A stretch of 64,000 bases of DNA from Bdellovibrionales bacterium. GTDB taxonomy: Bacteria; Bdellovibrionota; Bdellovibrionia; Bdellovibrionales; JAUICD01. The stretch lies in contig CBDANC010000015.1 in NCBI GenBank assembly GCA_965197425.1, positions 160,001-224,000 on the forward strand. The letters are read 5' to 3'. The position numbers were made by a program, and so were the translations under genes. The notes below the pieces were generated by a model that saw only the letters and a list, made by a program, of their open reading frames with translations, was not told the DNA's origin and ran no database searches. Numbering within the stretch: the first letter of the stretch is position 1; each line of letters begins with the position of its first letter. Positions 33,059 through 42,766 of this stretch are shown here, one piece after another.

Positions 33059-33817
33059 CTATTTTCTTTTCTTGAAAAATGACTCTATGCCTTTCCTGGC
33101 TTCTTCACTCACTCTCACATCAGCTATCAACTCTATACAATAATTTTTTAAATCATCTGGTATAGAATGCCTGTTGATTTTTTTTATAAGCCTCTTAGTA
33201 TGCCTAGTGGCGCTGTAACCCACATTATTAAATGAATCTATCTTTTTTAAAATATACTCATCTACTTGCAAATCATTGCCAACAAAGTGAACTAAGTTTT
33301 TATTCAAAGCTGTGGTTGCATCAAATGTGTCTCCTGTTAACATAAGTTCCATTGCAGAAGAATAACCCAGTTTAAACAAAACATAAGAACTTATTACAGA
33401 AGGAACTATACCTACTTTGGCTTCCGCAAATAAAAATTTGGTTTGTATCTCACAAGCCACTATGTCACATAGACTAACAATACCAATACCTCCACCAGAG
33501 GCAGCACCATGTACTTTGGCAATTATAGGGTGAGGACATTTGTCAATTGTTTCAAATAAATTAGATAAAATAGTGGCATCTTCTACATTTTCCTCTCTAG
33601 AAGAATTTATAAAAGACCTCATATAATTTAAATCAGCACCAGAACAAAAACTCTTACCAGCCCCTTTAACAACAACCACCAACACATCTTTAGATTTACT
33701 TACATCTTTAAAAGCTTCTGTTAGTTTTAAAATCATCTCCCTATTTAAAGCATTTCTAACTTCCGGCCTGTTCAATACAATTTCTACTACTCTGTTATTT
33801 TTTGAAACTTTCAACAT
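33059..33817 (-). CDS. liuC: Methylglutaconyl-CoA hydratase (enoyl-CoA hydratase family)
   Basis: LNRPEVRNA, FCSGADL, GGGIG, cluster context. Confidence 0.85.
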   Translation of the reverse strand: MLKVSKNNRVVEIVLNRPEVRNALNREMILKLTEAFKDVSKSKDVLVVVVKGAGKSFCSGADLNYMRSFINSSREENVEDATILSNLFETIDKCPHPIIAKVHGAASGGGIGIVSLCDIVACEIQTKFLFAEAKVGIVPSVISSYVLFKLGYSSAMELMLTGDTFDATTALNKNLVHFVGNDLQVDEYILKKIDSFNNVGYSATRHTKRLIKKINRHSIPDDLKNYCIELIADVRVSEEARKGIESFFKKRK

Positions 33818-33818
33818 T

Positions 33819-35423
33819 TTACATCCTGAAAATTCCGTTTGTTGTTGGCTTCTCTTCTCCATAAAGACTCATTTCTATCCCTAAGCTCAAAACTTTTCTT
33901 GTATCTAAAGGATCAATTATTCCATCATCCCAAATGCGGGCAGTAGAATAATAAGCAGAACTCTCTAGGTTGTATTTTTCCAAAATAGGTTTTTCAAACT
34001 CTTTAATCTCTTTTTCACTCATCTCTATGCCTTTCTTTTTAAGAGAATCTATCTTGACTGTGGATAAAACTTTACTGGCTTGCTCTCCGCCCATAACACT
34101 AATCCTAGAATTTGGCCACATCCAAAGTTGCCTAGGGCCATAAGCTCTCCCGCACATTGCATAGTTACCCGCACCATATGATCCGCCTATAACAACAGTA
34201 AATTTAGCAACATTAGCATTGCTCACAGCCATTACCATCTTTGCTCCGTCCTTTGCTATGCCTTTGTTCTCGTACTCTTTTCCAACCATAAAACCAGTTA
34301 TGTTATGAATAAACACAAGAGGAATATGCCTTTTTGTACACAGTCCAATAAAATGAGTAGCCTTTAAAGCACTCTCACTTAAAAGGACTCCATTGTTTGC
34401 GATTATACCTACCTCAAAACCATCTATAGCAGCAAACCCAGTGACTATAGAATCTGTATAAAATTTCTTAAATTCAGAAAATCTACTACCGTCTACTAAT
34501 CTAGAAATAATCTCTCTAACATCAAAAGTTTTTCTTAAATCTTTTGGAATAACACCATATAACTCATTTGGATCATAAAAAGGCTCTTCTGATTTAAATC
34601 GCCTAACCGATCTTGGTTTTTTATTCATATAAGTAACAAGGTTCCTACAAATCTCTATTGCATGATAGTCATCAGATGCTAGGTGATCTGTTACACCACT
34701 TTTAGTGCAGTGAACCCTTGCACCACCCAAATCCTCATCAGATACTTCTTCACCCGTAGCAGCTTTAACCAAAGGAGGGCCACCTAAAAATATTGTGCCG
34801 GTTTTTTCTACAATGATATTTTCATCACACATAGCAGGTATATATGCTCCACCTGCAGTACAACTGCCCATCACTATTGCAATTTGACCTATTCCATTTT
34901 TAGACATCACAGACTGGTTATAAAAAATCCTTCCAAAGTGATCTCTGTCAGGGAAAACTTGTGCTTGCATAGGTAAGAACGCGCCCCCACTGTCTACCAT
35001 GTAAATACAAGTAAGATTGTTTTCAATTGCAATTTCCTGAGCTCTCAGATGCTTTTTTACTGTCATAGGAAAATATGTACCGCCCTTTACAGTCGCATCG
35101 TTAGCTACTATAACGCATGGAAGAGAGCAAATCATACCCACACCAGTGATTATGCCAGCGCATGGGTTTTGGTTATTGTACATATCAATGCTGGCGAGAG
35201 AAGAAAATTCAATAAATGTTGTGTTGTTATCAATTAATGCATTTACTCTTTCCCTTGCTGTAAGCTTCCCTCTGCCTTTGTGCCTCTTTATGGACTCCCT
35301 ACTACCACCTTGTTTTACTTGTGATTCTCTTTTTTTAAACTCACTCACCAAAGATGACATATATTCATGGTTTGTTTTGTAATCATGGCTTTTGGTGTTA
35401 ATGTTAGATTTAATAAGGGACAT
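33819..35423 (-). CDS. liuB: 3-methylcrotonyl-CoA carboxylase beta subunit
   Basis: NDATVKGGTY, GSCTAGGAY, ARIWDDGIIDP, GIFRM end. Confidence 0.93.
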   Translation of the reverse strand: MSLIKSNINTKSHDYKTNHEYMSSLVSEFKKRESQVKQGGSRESIKRHKGRGKLTARERVNALIDNNTTFIEFSSLASIDMYNNQNPCAGIITGVGMICSLPCVIVANDATVKGGTYFPMTVKKHLRAQEIAIENNLTCIYMVDSGGAFLPMQAQVFPDRDHFGRIFYNQSVMSKNGIGQIAIVMGSCTAGGAYIPAMCDENIIVEKTGTIFLGGPPLVKAATGEEVSDEDLGGARVHCTKSGVTDHLASDDYHAIEICRNLVTYMNKKPRSVRRFKSEEPFYDPNELYGVIPKDLRKTFDVREIISRLVDGSRFSEFKKFYTDSIVTGFAAIDGFEVGIIANNGVLLSESALKATHFIGLCTKRHIPLVFIHNITGFMVGKEYENKGIAKDGAKMVMAVSNANVAKFTVVIGGSYGAGNYAMCGRAYGPRQLWMWPNSRISVMGGEQASKVLSTVKIDSLKKKGIEMSEKEIKEFEKPILEKYNLESSAYYSTARIWDDGIIDPLDTRKVLSLGIEMSLYGEEKPTTNGIFRM

Positions 35424-35533
35424 AAGTTAGAATCTGACACAAACAAAATGCGTTAGCAATTATGTTCGCTATGTGTCTTAACTTTATAGGTCTTAATTTT
35501 ATAGATCTTTAGTTTTTTTAATGAGGTTAATAT

Positions 35534-35944
35534 ATGAATTGGCCGAGTCAGGTTATAGTTTACACAGACGGTGCAAGCAGGGGAAATCCAGGGCCGGCAT
35601 CTATAGGAGTTCACATAACCGACAAAAATGGTAAAAGTATACAAGAAATAAGTGAATACCTAGGAGAAGGGACCAATAATTTTGCAGAATACTCTGCAGT
35701 AATAAAAGCGCTAGAACTTTCTATTGAACACAAAGTTAGTAATATTTTAATTAGATCAGATAGCGAACTTCTAGTAAAGCAACTTAACGGTGAATATAAA
35801 GTAAAATCTAAATCTATAATTGGATTGTACAAAAAAGTAAAAGAGCTACTTTTAAAGATAGAACATTATGGTTTTGAACACGTAAGAAGAGAAAACAATA
35901 CCAAAGCAGACAGTCTAGCAAATATGGCCTTAGATGAAAGATAA
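35534..35944 (+). CDS. rnhA: Ribonuclease HI
   Basis: YTDGASRGNPG, TNNFAEY, DSELLVKQ, HVRRENNTKAD. Confidence 0.93.
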   Translation: MNWPSQVIVYTDGASRGNPGPASIGVHITDKNGKSIQEISEYLGEGTNNFAEYSAVIKALELSIEHKVSNILIRSDSELLVKQLNGEYKVKSKSIIGLYKKVKELLLKIEHYGFEHVRRENNTKADSLANMALDER

Positions 35945-36129
35945 TAAAACCAGCTTAGTATATATAAAACAATGTATTAGCACAGTATAGGTCGGGATTG
36001 TATTTTTTATAAAAGCCTTTTGCGAATTTGAATAAATATAAAAACTTTAATTTTTCCCTCTTTGAGGACTAAAATCTATATTGTTGGGAAGACAAATTGA
36101 AGTGGGCTTATTTTTATGTTAGTTTTTTC

Positions 36130-36460
36130 TTGTTTTGGGTTTGGTGTGCATTCGCTTTTTAAAAAGAGGAAAGTCCGGACTCCACATGGCGGCACAAAGG
36201 GTAACGCCCTTCCACTGTTTATTTTTTAATTTATAGTGAGGACAAGTGGAACAGAAAGTATGTACAGGACTATTTTTAGTTGCTGTAGTGAAATCAGCTA
36301 AACTCTGTGCGGAGCAAGATCAAATAGAGGAACATTTGAATGTAGCCAGCATGAAGTTCCTGGGTGAGATCGCTTGAGGGTGGCAGTAATGTCACTCCCA
36401 GATGGATGAATGCAAAGGGAAATCCTTACAGAATCCGGCTTATAGCCAAACCCAAAACAA
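36130..36460 (+). ncRNA. rnpB: RNase P RNA
   Basis: GAGGAAAGTCCGG...ACAGAAA...GGAGCAAG...ACAGAATCCGGCTTA, with a perfect 15-bp P1 TTGTTTTGGGTTTGG/CCAAACCCAAAACAA. Confidence 0.96.
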
Positions 36461-36505
36461 CTCTTTTTACCTCAAAAAATATATAAAAAATCCGAGTCAT
36501 TATGT

Positions 36506-38053
36506 ATGAGTTTTACAAAATTACTCCTCTTTGTGGGTTTCTTTTTGTTTTTCGAAATTATGAGTATTCCATCCTATGGAAATTCAGAATTCCCCTATGT
36601 AGAAGGGGAAGTTTTGGTCAAATATAAAAATGGTACACCAGAGGTTAAAAGACATAATATGCAAGGTAAAATGGGATCGGGAATTGGTCTTGAGGGTGCC
36701 TATGAAACTCTAAATGTGTATCATTATAAGACAAATAATGGAGCTTCTTACACAACAGAACAGTTGGTAGATATTTTTAAAAAAGATCCTGAAGTAGAAA
36801 TTGTGGAACCTAATTACATAATCACTGTAGATGATCCTGATTTTATCATGCCACCAACTAGGGTGACATCTCTAACAGAAGAAGAATTGGAATATAAAAA
36901 TGAAACCGTTAATACCATGAAAATATTAGATGGTTGGAATGAAATTGGATACACAACAGAACAAACAGTAGTCGCAGTACTAGATACAGGAATACAAATC
37001 AATCATGAGTCTTTAAAAGATTTTTTGTGGATAAATGACAGAGAAATTGAAAATGGAATAGATGATGACAAAAATGGATTCATAGATGATGTTTACGGTT
37101 GGAATTTTGTAGATGGAAACAACAATTTAGATGATATATCTGGGCATGGTACAGGCGTTGCGGGAGTAATAAAGCAAACCTTTGGTGACTTACTTACAGA
37201 TGATGTTTCTGACAGAGTTACAAATATATCAATAATGCCAATAAAGTTTATGACCTTGGATCCTTTAATCAATAAATCTGTAGGTAATACGGCGGATGCA
37301 TTAGCTGCTATGGACTATGCTAATAAGAATGGGGCGAGCGTGATAAATGCTTCTTGGGGTGATTACTCGAAAAGCATCTTTTTAGAAGAAATAATTTATG
37401 AAAGCTATAAAAAAAATATTGCTTTTGTATCTGCAGCAGGAAATAGTTCCAGGTTTGGAAATAATAATGACATAACACCTTATTACCCATCAAATTTTAA
37501 AGTACCAAATGTTATTTCAGTAGGTGCTAGTGCTCTGGATGATGTGTTAACCAGATCTTCTAACTATGGAAGTAAAACTGTCCATCTAGCAGCACCTGGA
37601 CATTCTGTATGGACAACAACAAGTGATGAAAGTGATGTTTCATATTATGTTCAAACCAGTGGTACTAGTATATCTACTCCTTTTGTTGCAGGAGCTGCTG
37701 CTATACTTATGAACCTCAGACCAGATTTGCCAGTACATCAAATAAAAGATATTTTACTTAATTCATCTGATAGAGTAACTCCCTTGGAAAATAAAATACA
37801 AAATGCGCGTAGATTGAATATGCTTAACTCAGTAATAGATGTTTATAATGCAAAGAGAGATACAAGACCAAACACATATGAATTTAGCTCTCTCTCAGAA
37901 GATCCAAACTCTAGTGGTTGTGGTCTGATTTCGTCCAATACAATAGGGGGAAACAATCAAACAAATGTTAGTATATTTCTATCATTTTTTATGTTAGCCA
38001 TACCATTTATACTTTGCCTAAGATTGAGGTTAGGGTTAAACTTCTCCAGTTAA
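36506..38053 (+). CDS. S8 serine peptidase with propeptide and C-terminal membrane anchor
   Basis: YVEGEVLVKY...VEPNY propeptide, VLDTG, GHGT, GTSIST, SSGCG plus TM tail. Confidence 0.9.
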   Translation: MSFTKLLLFVGFFLFFEIMSIPSYGNSEFPYVEGEVLVKYKNGTPEVKRHNMQGKMGSGIGLEGAYETLNVYHYKTNNGASYTTEQLVDIFKKDPEVEIVEPNYIITVDDPDFIMPPTRVTSLTEEELEYKNETVNTMKILDGWNEIGYTTEQTVVAVLDTGIQINHESLKDFLWINDREIENGIDDDKNGFIDDVYGWNFVDGNNNLDDISGHGTGVAGVIKQTFGDLLTDDVSDRVTNISIMPIKFMTLDPLINKSVGNTADALAAMDYANKNGASVINASWGDYSKSIFLEEIIYESYKKNIAFVSAAGNSSRFGNNNDITPYYPSNFKVPNVISVGASALDDVLTRSSNYGSKTVHLAAPGHSVWTTTSDESDVSYYVQTSGTSISTPFVAGAAAILMNLRPDLPVHQIKDILLNSSDRVTPLENKIQNARRLNMLNSVIDVYNAKRDTRPNTYEFSSLSEDPNSSGCGLISSNTIGGNNQTNVSIFLSFFMLAIPFILCLRLRLGLNFSS

Positions 38054-38911
38054 TGGAGAGAAAAAATCAAATTTATACAATTTAAAATCTTATTTATAAG
38101 TCTTATTGTATACTCCACGAAACTTAGTGCGGGATTTTTATCTGTAAGCGGAAACCCCAGTCTTACAGTAAATCTGCAAGGTGATCTGGTAAAAGTAACT
38201 GGTAAAATTGAGCTTAAAAACTCAGGAGATGAAGATGCAGTTGATGTTTTTCCTGAAATTGCTATAGGAGAATTACGTTACACAGGTGAACCTATAAGAC
38301 TTGGACCTAATGATGACAACAATACCTGGAACTTTGAATTAAACTCTAATATAAATAATTTGTCGGATGATAATTTGTCACAATTTGGAAGATGGCCTGT
38401 TTTTATAACCAGGCATTACAGTGATGTTAATGGACACACTTTTTCTGGTATTGATGTTTCAGATCTAATCTTAAGTGAAGACAATATAGACGGAAATTTT
38501 CTTCGTATAAGCCCATTTGTAATTAAAGTGCAACTTGGTAAAAGAAAAAAATTTAAAGCCAAAGTACATATTACCAATCAGTCAGATAAGTCTTATGTAA
38601 CTACCCTGCAAATTTGGGCAGCAAAGGAATTTCTGATTCCAGAAGCTAAAAAAATATCCATAAATCCAAATCAATCTGTTGAAACTGAATTTAAGATAGA
38701 AAATATTAGAGGTTCTGAAGGGAGTAAATATCCAATATTTGTTGTGATAGAGTATGAAGATCAGGGTTTCAGAAGTTTTCAGTCTATATACAATACATAC
38801 AACATTACAAACTACAATTTTAATATAGTTTGGATCATATTTTCCTCAATTTCTGGGTTGATTATAATAGCAAGTATTATTTTTCTTTTGAAAAGCGAAG
38901 ATAAATCTTAA
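38054..38911 (+). CDS. Hypothetical exported protein with C-terminal TM, start anomalous
   Basis: Frame is open from 38054 and encodes signal-like KIKFIQFKILFISLIVYSTKLSA, well upstream of the track start at 38360. Confidence 0.7.
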   Translation, partial: WREKIKFIQFKILFISLIVYSTKLSAGFLSVSGNPSLTVNLQGDLVKVTGKIELKNSGDEDAVDVFPEIAIGELRYTGEPIRLGPNDDNNTWNFELNSNINNLSDDNLSQFGRWPVFITRHYSDVNGHTFSGIDVSDLILSEDNIDGNFLRISPFVIKVQLGKRKKFKAKVHITNQSDKSYVTTLQIWAAKEFLIPEAKKISINPNQSVETEFKIENIRGSEGSKYPIFVVIEYEDQGFRSFQSIYNTYNITNYNFNIVWIIFSSISGLIIIASIIFLLKSEDKS

Positions 38912-38924
38912 ATGCTTTAAATTT

Positions 38925-41201
38925 TTAGCTCTTATTTCTAGATCTTCGTTCCTGAACCTGTACAGCAGTTAGTGCTACCGTATTTACTATGTCATTAACC
39001 CCACAAGTTCTTTGTAATACATTTGCAGGTCTTCTGACTCCCATTAAAAATGGACCTAGTACCTCACCTTTGCCTAATTGCTGAACCATTTTGTATGCGA
39101 TATTCCCTGCATCCAAGTCAGGAAAGATCAAAATATTTGCACCATTTTTTATAGATGAAAACGGGAATAGCTCAGATATAATTTCAGGGTTTAGTGCTGT
39201 ATCAGCTTGCATTTCACCATCTACTTTGATTTCGGGATAGTGCTTTCTCACAAGCTCTACAGCCTCTTTCATCTTTTTTGGATTATCATGTTGAGATGAA
39301 AAATTCGAAAAACTAAGCATAGCCACCCTGGGTTCTATATGAAAATATCTGGCAACATCTGCTGCATGTGCAGCAATATGTGAAAGCTCACTTGCACTTG
39401 GGTTGACATTTAAAGTGACGTCAGCAAACAAATACACTTTTTGATTTATTATCATTATTATAAGACCGGCTGCTACACCTTTTTTTGTTGTTCCAATTAT
39501 CTCTAAAATTGGTCTTACACTGTCTGCGTAATTTTGTGCGGCTCCAGTTATCATTGCATCTGAGTCACCTAAAGCGGTTGACATAGAGGCAAAGTAATTT
39601 GGATCTTTCATAAGTCTTAGGGCTTCTTCCATATGTACGCCCTTTCTGTGTCTTAATTTGTAGAGTTGTTTTACATATGAATCATACTTTTTGTGCATGT
39701 TGGGTCTTTCTATATGCACATCTTTTAGAGAATCTAAATTTAGTTCTTTTGCTTTATTTAAAATAAATTCTTTGTAGCCCAATAAGAATGGTTCTGCTAT
39801 TTTTTCCTCTACAATTATATTGACTGCTTTTAATATTTTTTCACTATGGCCCTCTGGAAAAATTATCTTAGGAAGTTTTGAATTTTTAGCTCTTTTCTTT
39901 ACCTTATTTATTGCCTCTCTTATAAAACCTTTTGAAGCTCCTTGTAGGCTTTCTAACTTTTGCTTATAAGCTTCATAGTTTTTTATAGGTATTTTTGCCA
40001 CGCCAGAAGTTTCTGCTGCCTTTGCTACGGCGGTTGAAACTCTCAATAACACTCTAGGATCAAATGGTTTTGGTATCAGGTAATCTGGTCCAAATTTAAA
40101 ACTCTTTCCTCCGTAGGCAATTGAAACACTTTCAGGCACTTCCTCTTTTGCTAATTCTGCTAAGGCATTTACAGCAGCCAATTTCATCTCTTGAGTTATA
40201 CTAGTTGCTCTAGCATCTAAAGCTCCTCTGAAAATATAAGGGAACCCCAAAAGATTATTTACTTGATTGGGTAGATCACTTCTGCCTGTAGCAATTATAG
40301 CATCTGAAGTAACTGCTTTTACTTCATCAGGCATGATCTCTGGTGTGGGGTTGGCCATTGCAAATACAATTGGTGTACTGTTCATTTGTTTGATCATATC
40401 TTTTGTAACCGCTCCACCAACAGACAGACCAATAAACACATCAGCTCCTTTTAGAGCTTGCTTTAAGGTGGTAACTTTTTTGTTGGTTACAAATTGTTTT
40501 TTATAACTATTTAGATTTTCTCTTTTGTCTGTTATAGGACCTTTAGAATCGCACATTATGATGTTATCTTTCTTAGCCCCAAGACTTATAAATATGTTAG
40601 CGCACGCTACCCCGGCAGCACCTGCTCCATTAAAAACTATTTTCAAGTCTTTTAGTTTTTTGTTTGCTATTTCTGCTGCGTTTATCAGTCCGGCACCTGA
40701 TATTATTGCTGTTCCATGTTGATCATCATGAAATACCGGGATATTTAACTCTTTCTTGAGTCTTTCTTCTATTTCAAAACACTCTGGAGCTTTTATGTCC
40801 TCTAAATTAATACCACCAAAAGTGGGTTCCAATGATTTAACAACAGATACAAATTCATCTACACTTTTTACATCTAACTCTATGTCGAAGACATCAATAT
40901 CAGCAAATCTCTTAAACAAAATGCTCTTTCCTTCCATAACAGGTTTGCCAGCTAAAGGGCCTATATTACCAAGACCTAAAACTGCTGAACCATCTGAAAT
41001 GACGGCAATTAAATTTCCCCTAGAGGTGTACTCAAATACTTTGGATGGATCATTTTGTATTTCTGTGCAAGGATATGCAACACCAGGTGAATATGCCAAA
41101 CTTAAATCCATCTCTGTATCACAAGGCTTGGTTGCAATTACCTCCAATTTGCCTTTTCTGCCACTGGAGTGAAAATTAAGTGCTTTATTTTTGAAACTCA
41201 T
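38925..41201 (-). CDS. maeB: NADP-dependent malic enzyme with PTA domain
   Basis: LAYSPGVA, KPVMEGK, FHDDQHGTA, DGEMQAD. Confidence 0.96.
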   Translation of the reverse strand: MSFKNKALNFHSSGRKGKLEVIATKPCDTEMDLSLAYSPGVAYPCTEIQNDPSKVFEYTSRGNLIAVISDGSAVLGLGNIGPLAGKPVMEGKSILFKRFADIDVFDIELDVKSVDEFVSVVKSLEPTFGGINLEDIKAPECFEIEERLKKELNIPVFHDDQHGTAIISGAGLINAAEIANKKLKDLKIVFNGAGAAGVACANIFISLGAKKDNIIMCDSKGPITDKRENLNSYKKQFVTNKKVTTLKQALKGADVFIGLSVGGAVTKDMIKQMNSTPIVFAMANPTPEIMPDEVKAVTSDAIIATGRSDLPNQVNNLLGFPYIFRGALDARATSITQEMKLAAVNALAELAKEEVPESVSIAYGGKSFKFGPDYLIPKPFDPRVLLRVSTAVAKAAETSGVAKIPIKNYEAYKQKLESLQGASKGFIREAINKVKKRAKNSKLPKIIFPEGHSEKILKAVNIIVEEKIAEPFLLGYKEFILNKAKELNLDSLKDVHIERPNMHKKYDSYVKQLYKLRHRKGVHMEEALRLMKDPNYFASMSTALGDSDAMITGAAQNYADSVRPILEIIGTTKKGVAAGLIIMIINQKVYLFADVTLNVNPSASELSHIAAHAADVARYFHIEPRVAMLSFSNFSSQHDNPKKMKEAVELVRKHYPEIKVDGEMQADTALNPEIISELFPFSSIKNGANILIFPDLDAGNIAYKMVQQLGKGEVLGPFLMGVRRPANVLQRTCGVNDIVNTVALTAVQVQERRSRNKS

Positions 41202-41451
41202 ATTTCCAAGACCAAACTTACAATTATTCCATAGCCTAAAATTGTTTAATAATCCAATACTAAACTATCTGATACCTAATTAACACTGTTTTTAACTTTG
41301 AGACATTTTTTATCCTTGTGGCTAAAAGCGTTGTGTTATACAAGTTATGATAAATTTATCAATTAGACATAAATTATTAATGGTATTATACAAATCTCCT
41401 GAACACTTAATAATCTTTAATTTGCTCATTTGATATGATAGATAGGTCACT

Positions 41452-42732
41452 ATGGATAAAAGAGATGTTGTAATTGTATCTGGCATCAGAACCCCTTTTG
41501 TAAAGGCCAAGAAAGACCTTAAAGATGTGCATCCATCAGAACTAGGTAAAATTTGTCTCAAGAAGGCTGTTGATCTTATCTCGTTAAAAAAAGAAGAAAT
41601 AGACGAGGTAATAATAGGTAACACTGCCAATCCCTCCGATGCTGCTAATATCTCAAGAGTAATAGCTTTAAGAGCAGGTTTACCTGAAAGTGTATCTTCA
41701 TACACTGTACACAGAAATTGTGCTTCCGGCTTGCAAAGTGTAGCGAATGGTTTTGATAAAATAAAGATGGGTACAGCAGATACAGTTGCAGTTGGTGGAG
41801 TTGAAAATATGTCTAGTATGCCCTTGCTTTTTTCAAAAGAACTTTCCAGCTTTGTTGAAACTATATTTTCAAAATCCAAAAATAAATTAAATACTCTCAT
41901 TAAATTTAATCTCAAACATTTAAAACCAAGAATAGCTATAATGGAAGGCTTAACTGATCCGTTCTGCGGCTTAAATATGGGTGAAACTGCGCAGCTTCTG
42001 GCCAGAGAATTTAATATCACCAGAGAGGAACAGGATGAGTTTGCTCTTAGAAGCCATAAGAAAGCAACACAGGCAATCTCAAATGGAGTATTTGATAAAG
42101 AGATAACCCCGGTGTTTGTAGGACCTGAATATGACAATGTTGTGGATAAGGATATTGGACCTAGGCAAGAACAAACCTATGAGGCTTTAGAAAAACTAAA
42201 ACCATTTTTTGACAAAAGGTACGGAACCGTAACCATAGGAAACTCCTGTCCTATAACAGACGGTGCAGCTGCACTTATATTGATGAGTTATGAGAAGGCC
42301 ACATCTTTAGGTTTAAAACCAATTGCTAAGATAAGGGGATATGCATTTGCTGGACTCAATCCAGCAAGGATGGGTCTTGGCCCAGTGTATTCTACATATA
42401 AAGTATTAAAAAGAGAAAATCTAAAGCTATCGGATATCAACTCTATTGAGCTTAACGAAGCTTTTGCAGCTCAAGTACTTGCATGTCTAAAAGCCTTTGA
42501 CTGTTCCCAGTTTGCCAAAAATCATTTGGGTTTGGAATCCAAGTTAGGAGAAATTGATTTAGGCAAATTAAATCCAAACGGTGGGGCAATTGCACTAGGA
42601 CACCCTGTAGGAGCTACTGGGAGTAGGCTTGTTTTAACGTTAGCAAATAGACTTAAGCCAGAAGAATTAGGGCTTGCAACTCTTTGTATTGGTGGTGGTC
42701 AAGGCGGTGCAATGATTTTAGAAGGGCTTTAG
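41452..42732 (+). CDS. fadI: Acetyl-CoA C-acyltransferase (thiolase)
   Basis: RNCASG, NEAFA, GHPVGATG, CIGGGQG. Confidence 0.9.
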   Translation: MDKRDVVIVSGIRTPFVKAKKDLKDVHPSELGKICLKKAVDLISLKKEEIDEVIIGNTANPSDAANISRVIALRAGLPESVSSYTVHRNCASGLQSVANGFDKIKMGTADTVAVGGVENMSSMPLLFSKELSSFVETIFSKSKNKLNTLIKFNLKHLKPRIAIMEGLTDPFCGLNMGETAQLLAREFNITREEQDEFALRSHKKATQAISNGVFDKEITPVFVGPEYDNVVDKDIGPRQEQTYEALEKLKPFFDKRYGTVTIGNSCPITDGAAALILMSYEKATSLGLKPIAKIRGYAFAGLNPARMGLGPVYSTYKVLKRENLKLSDINSIELNEAFAAQVLACLKAFDCSQFAKNHLGLESKLGEIDLGKLNPNGGAIALGHPVGATGSRLVLTLANRLKPEELGLATLCIGGGQGGAMILEGL

Positions 42733-42766
42733 ATAGGACAGGAATTTCTTGTTGTAAGGGAGAACA

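Noticed and set aside
41322..42137. 271-aa antisense ORF and the other short opposite-strand ORFs
   Set aside because: Shadow frames of well-supported genes (thiolase and others) with no recognisable motifs.
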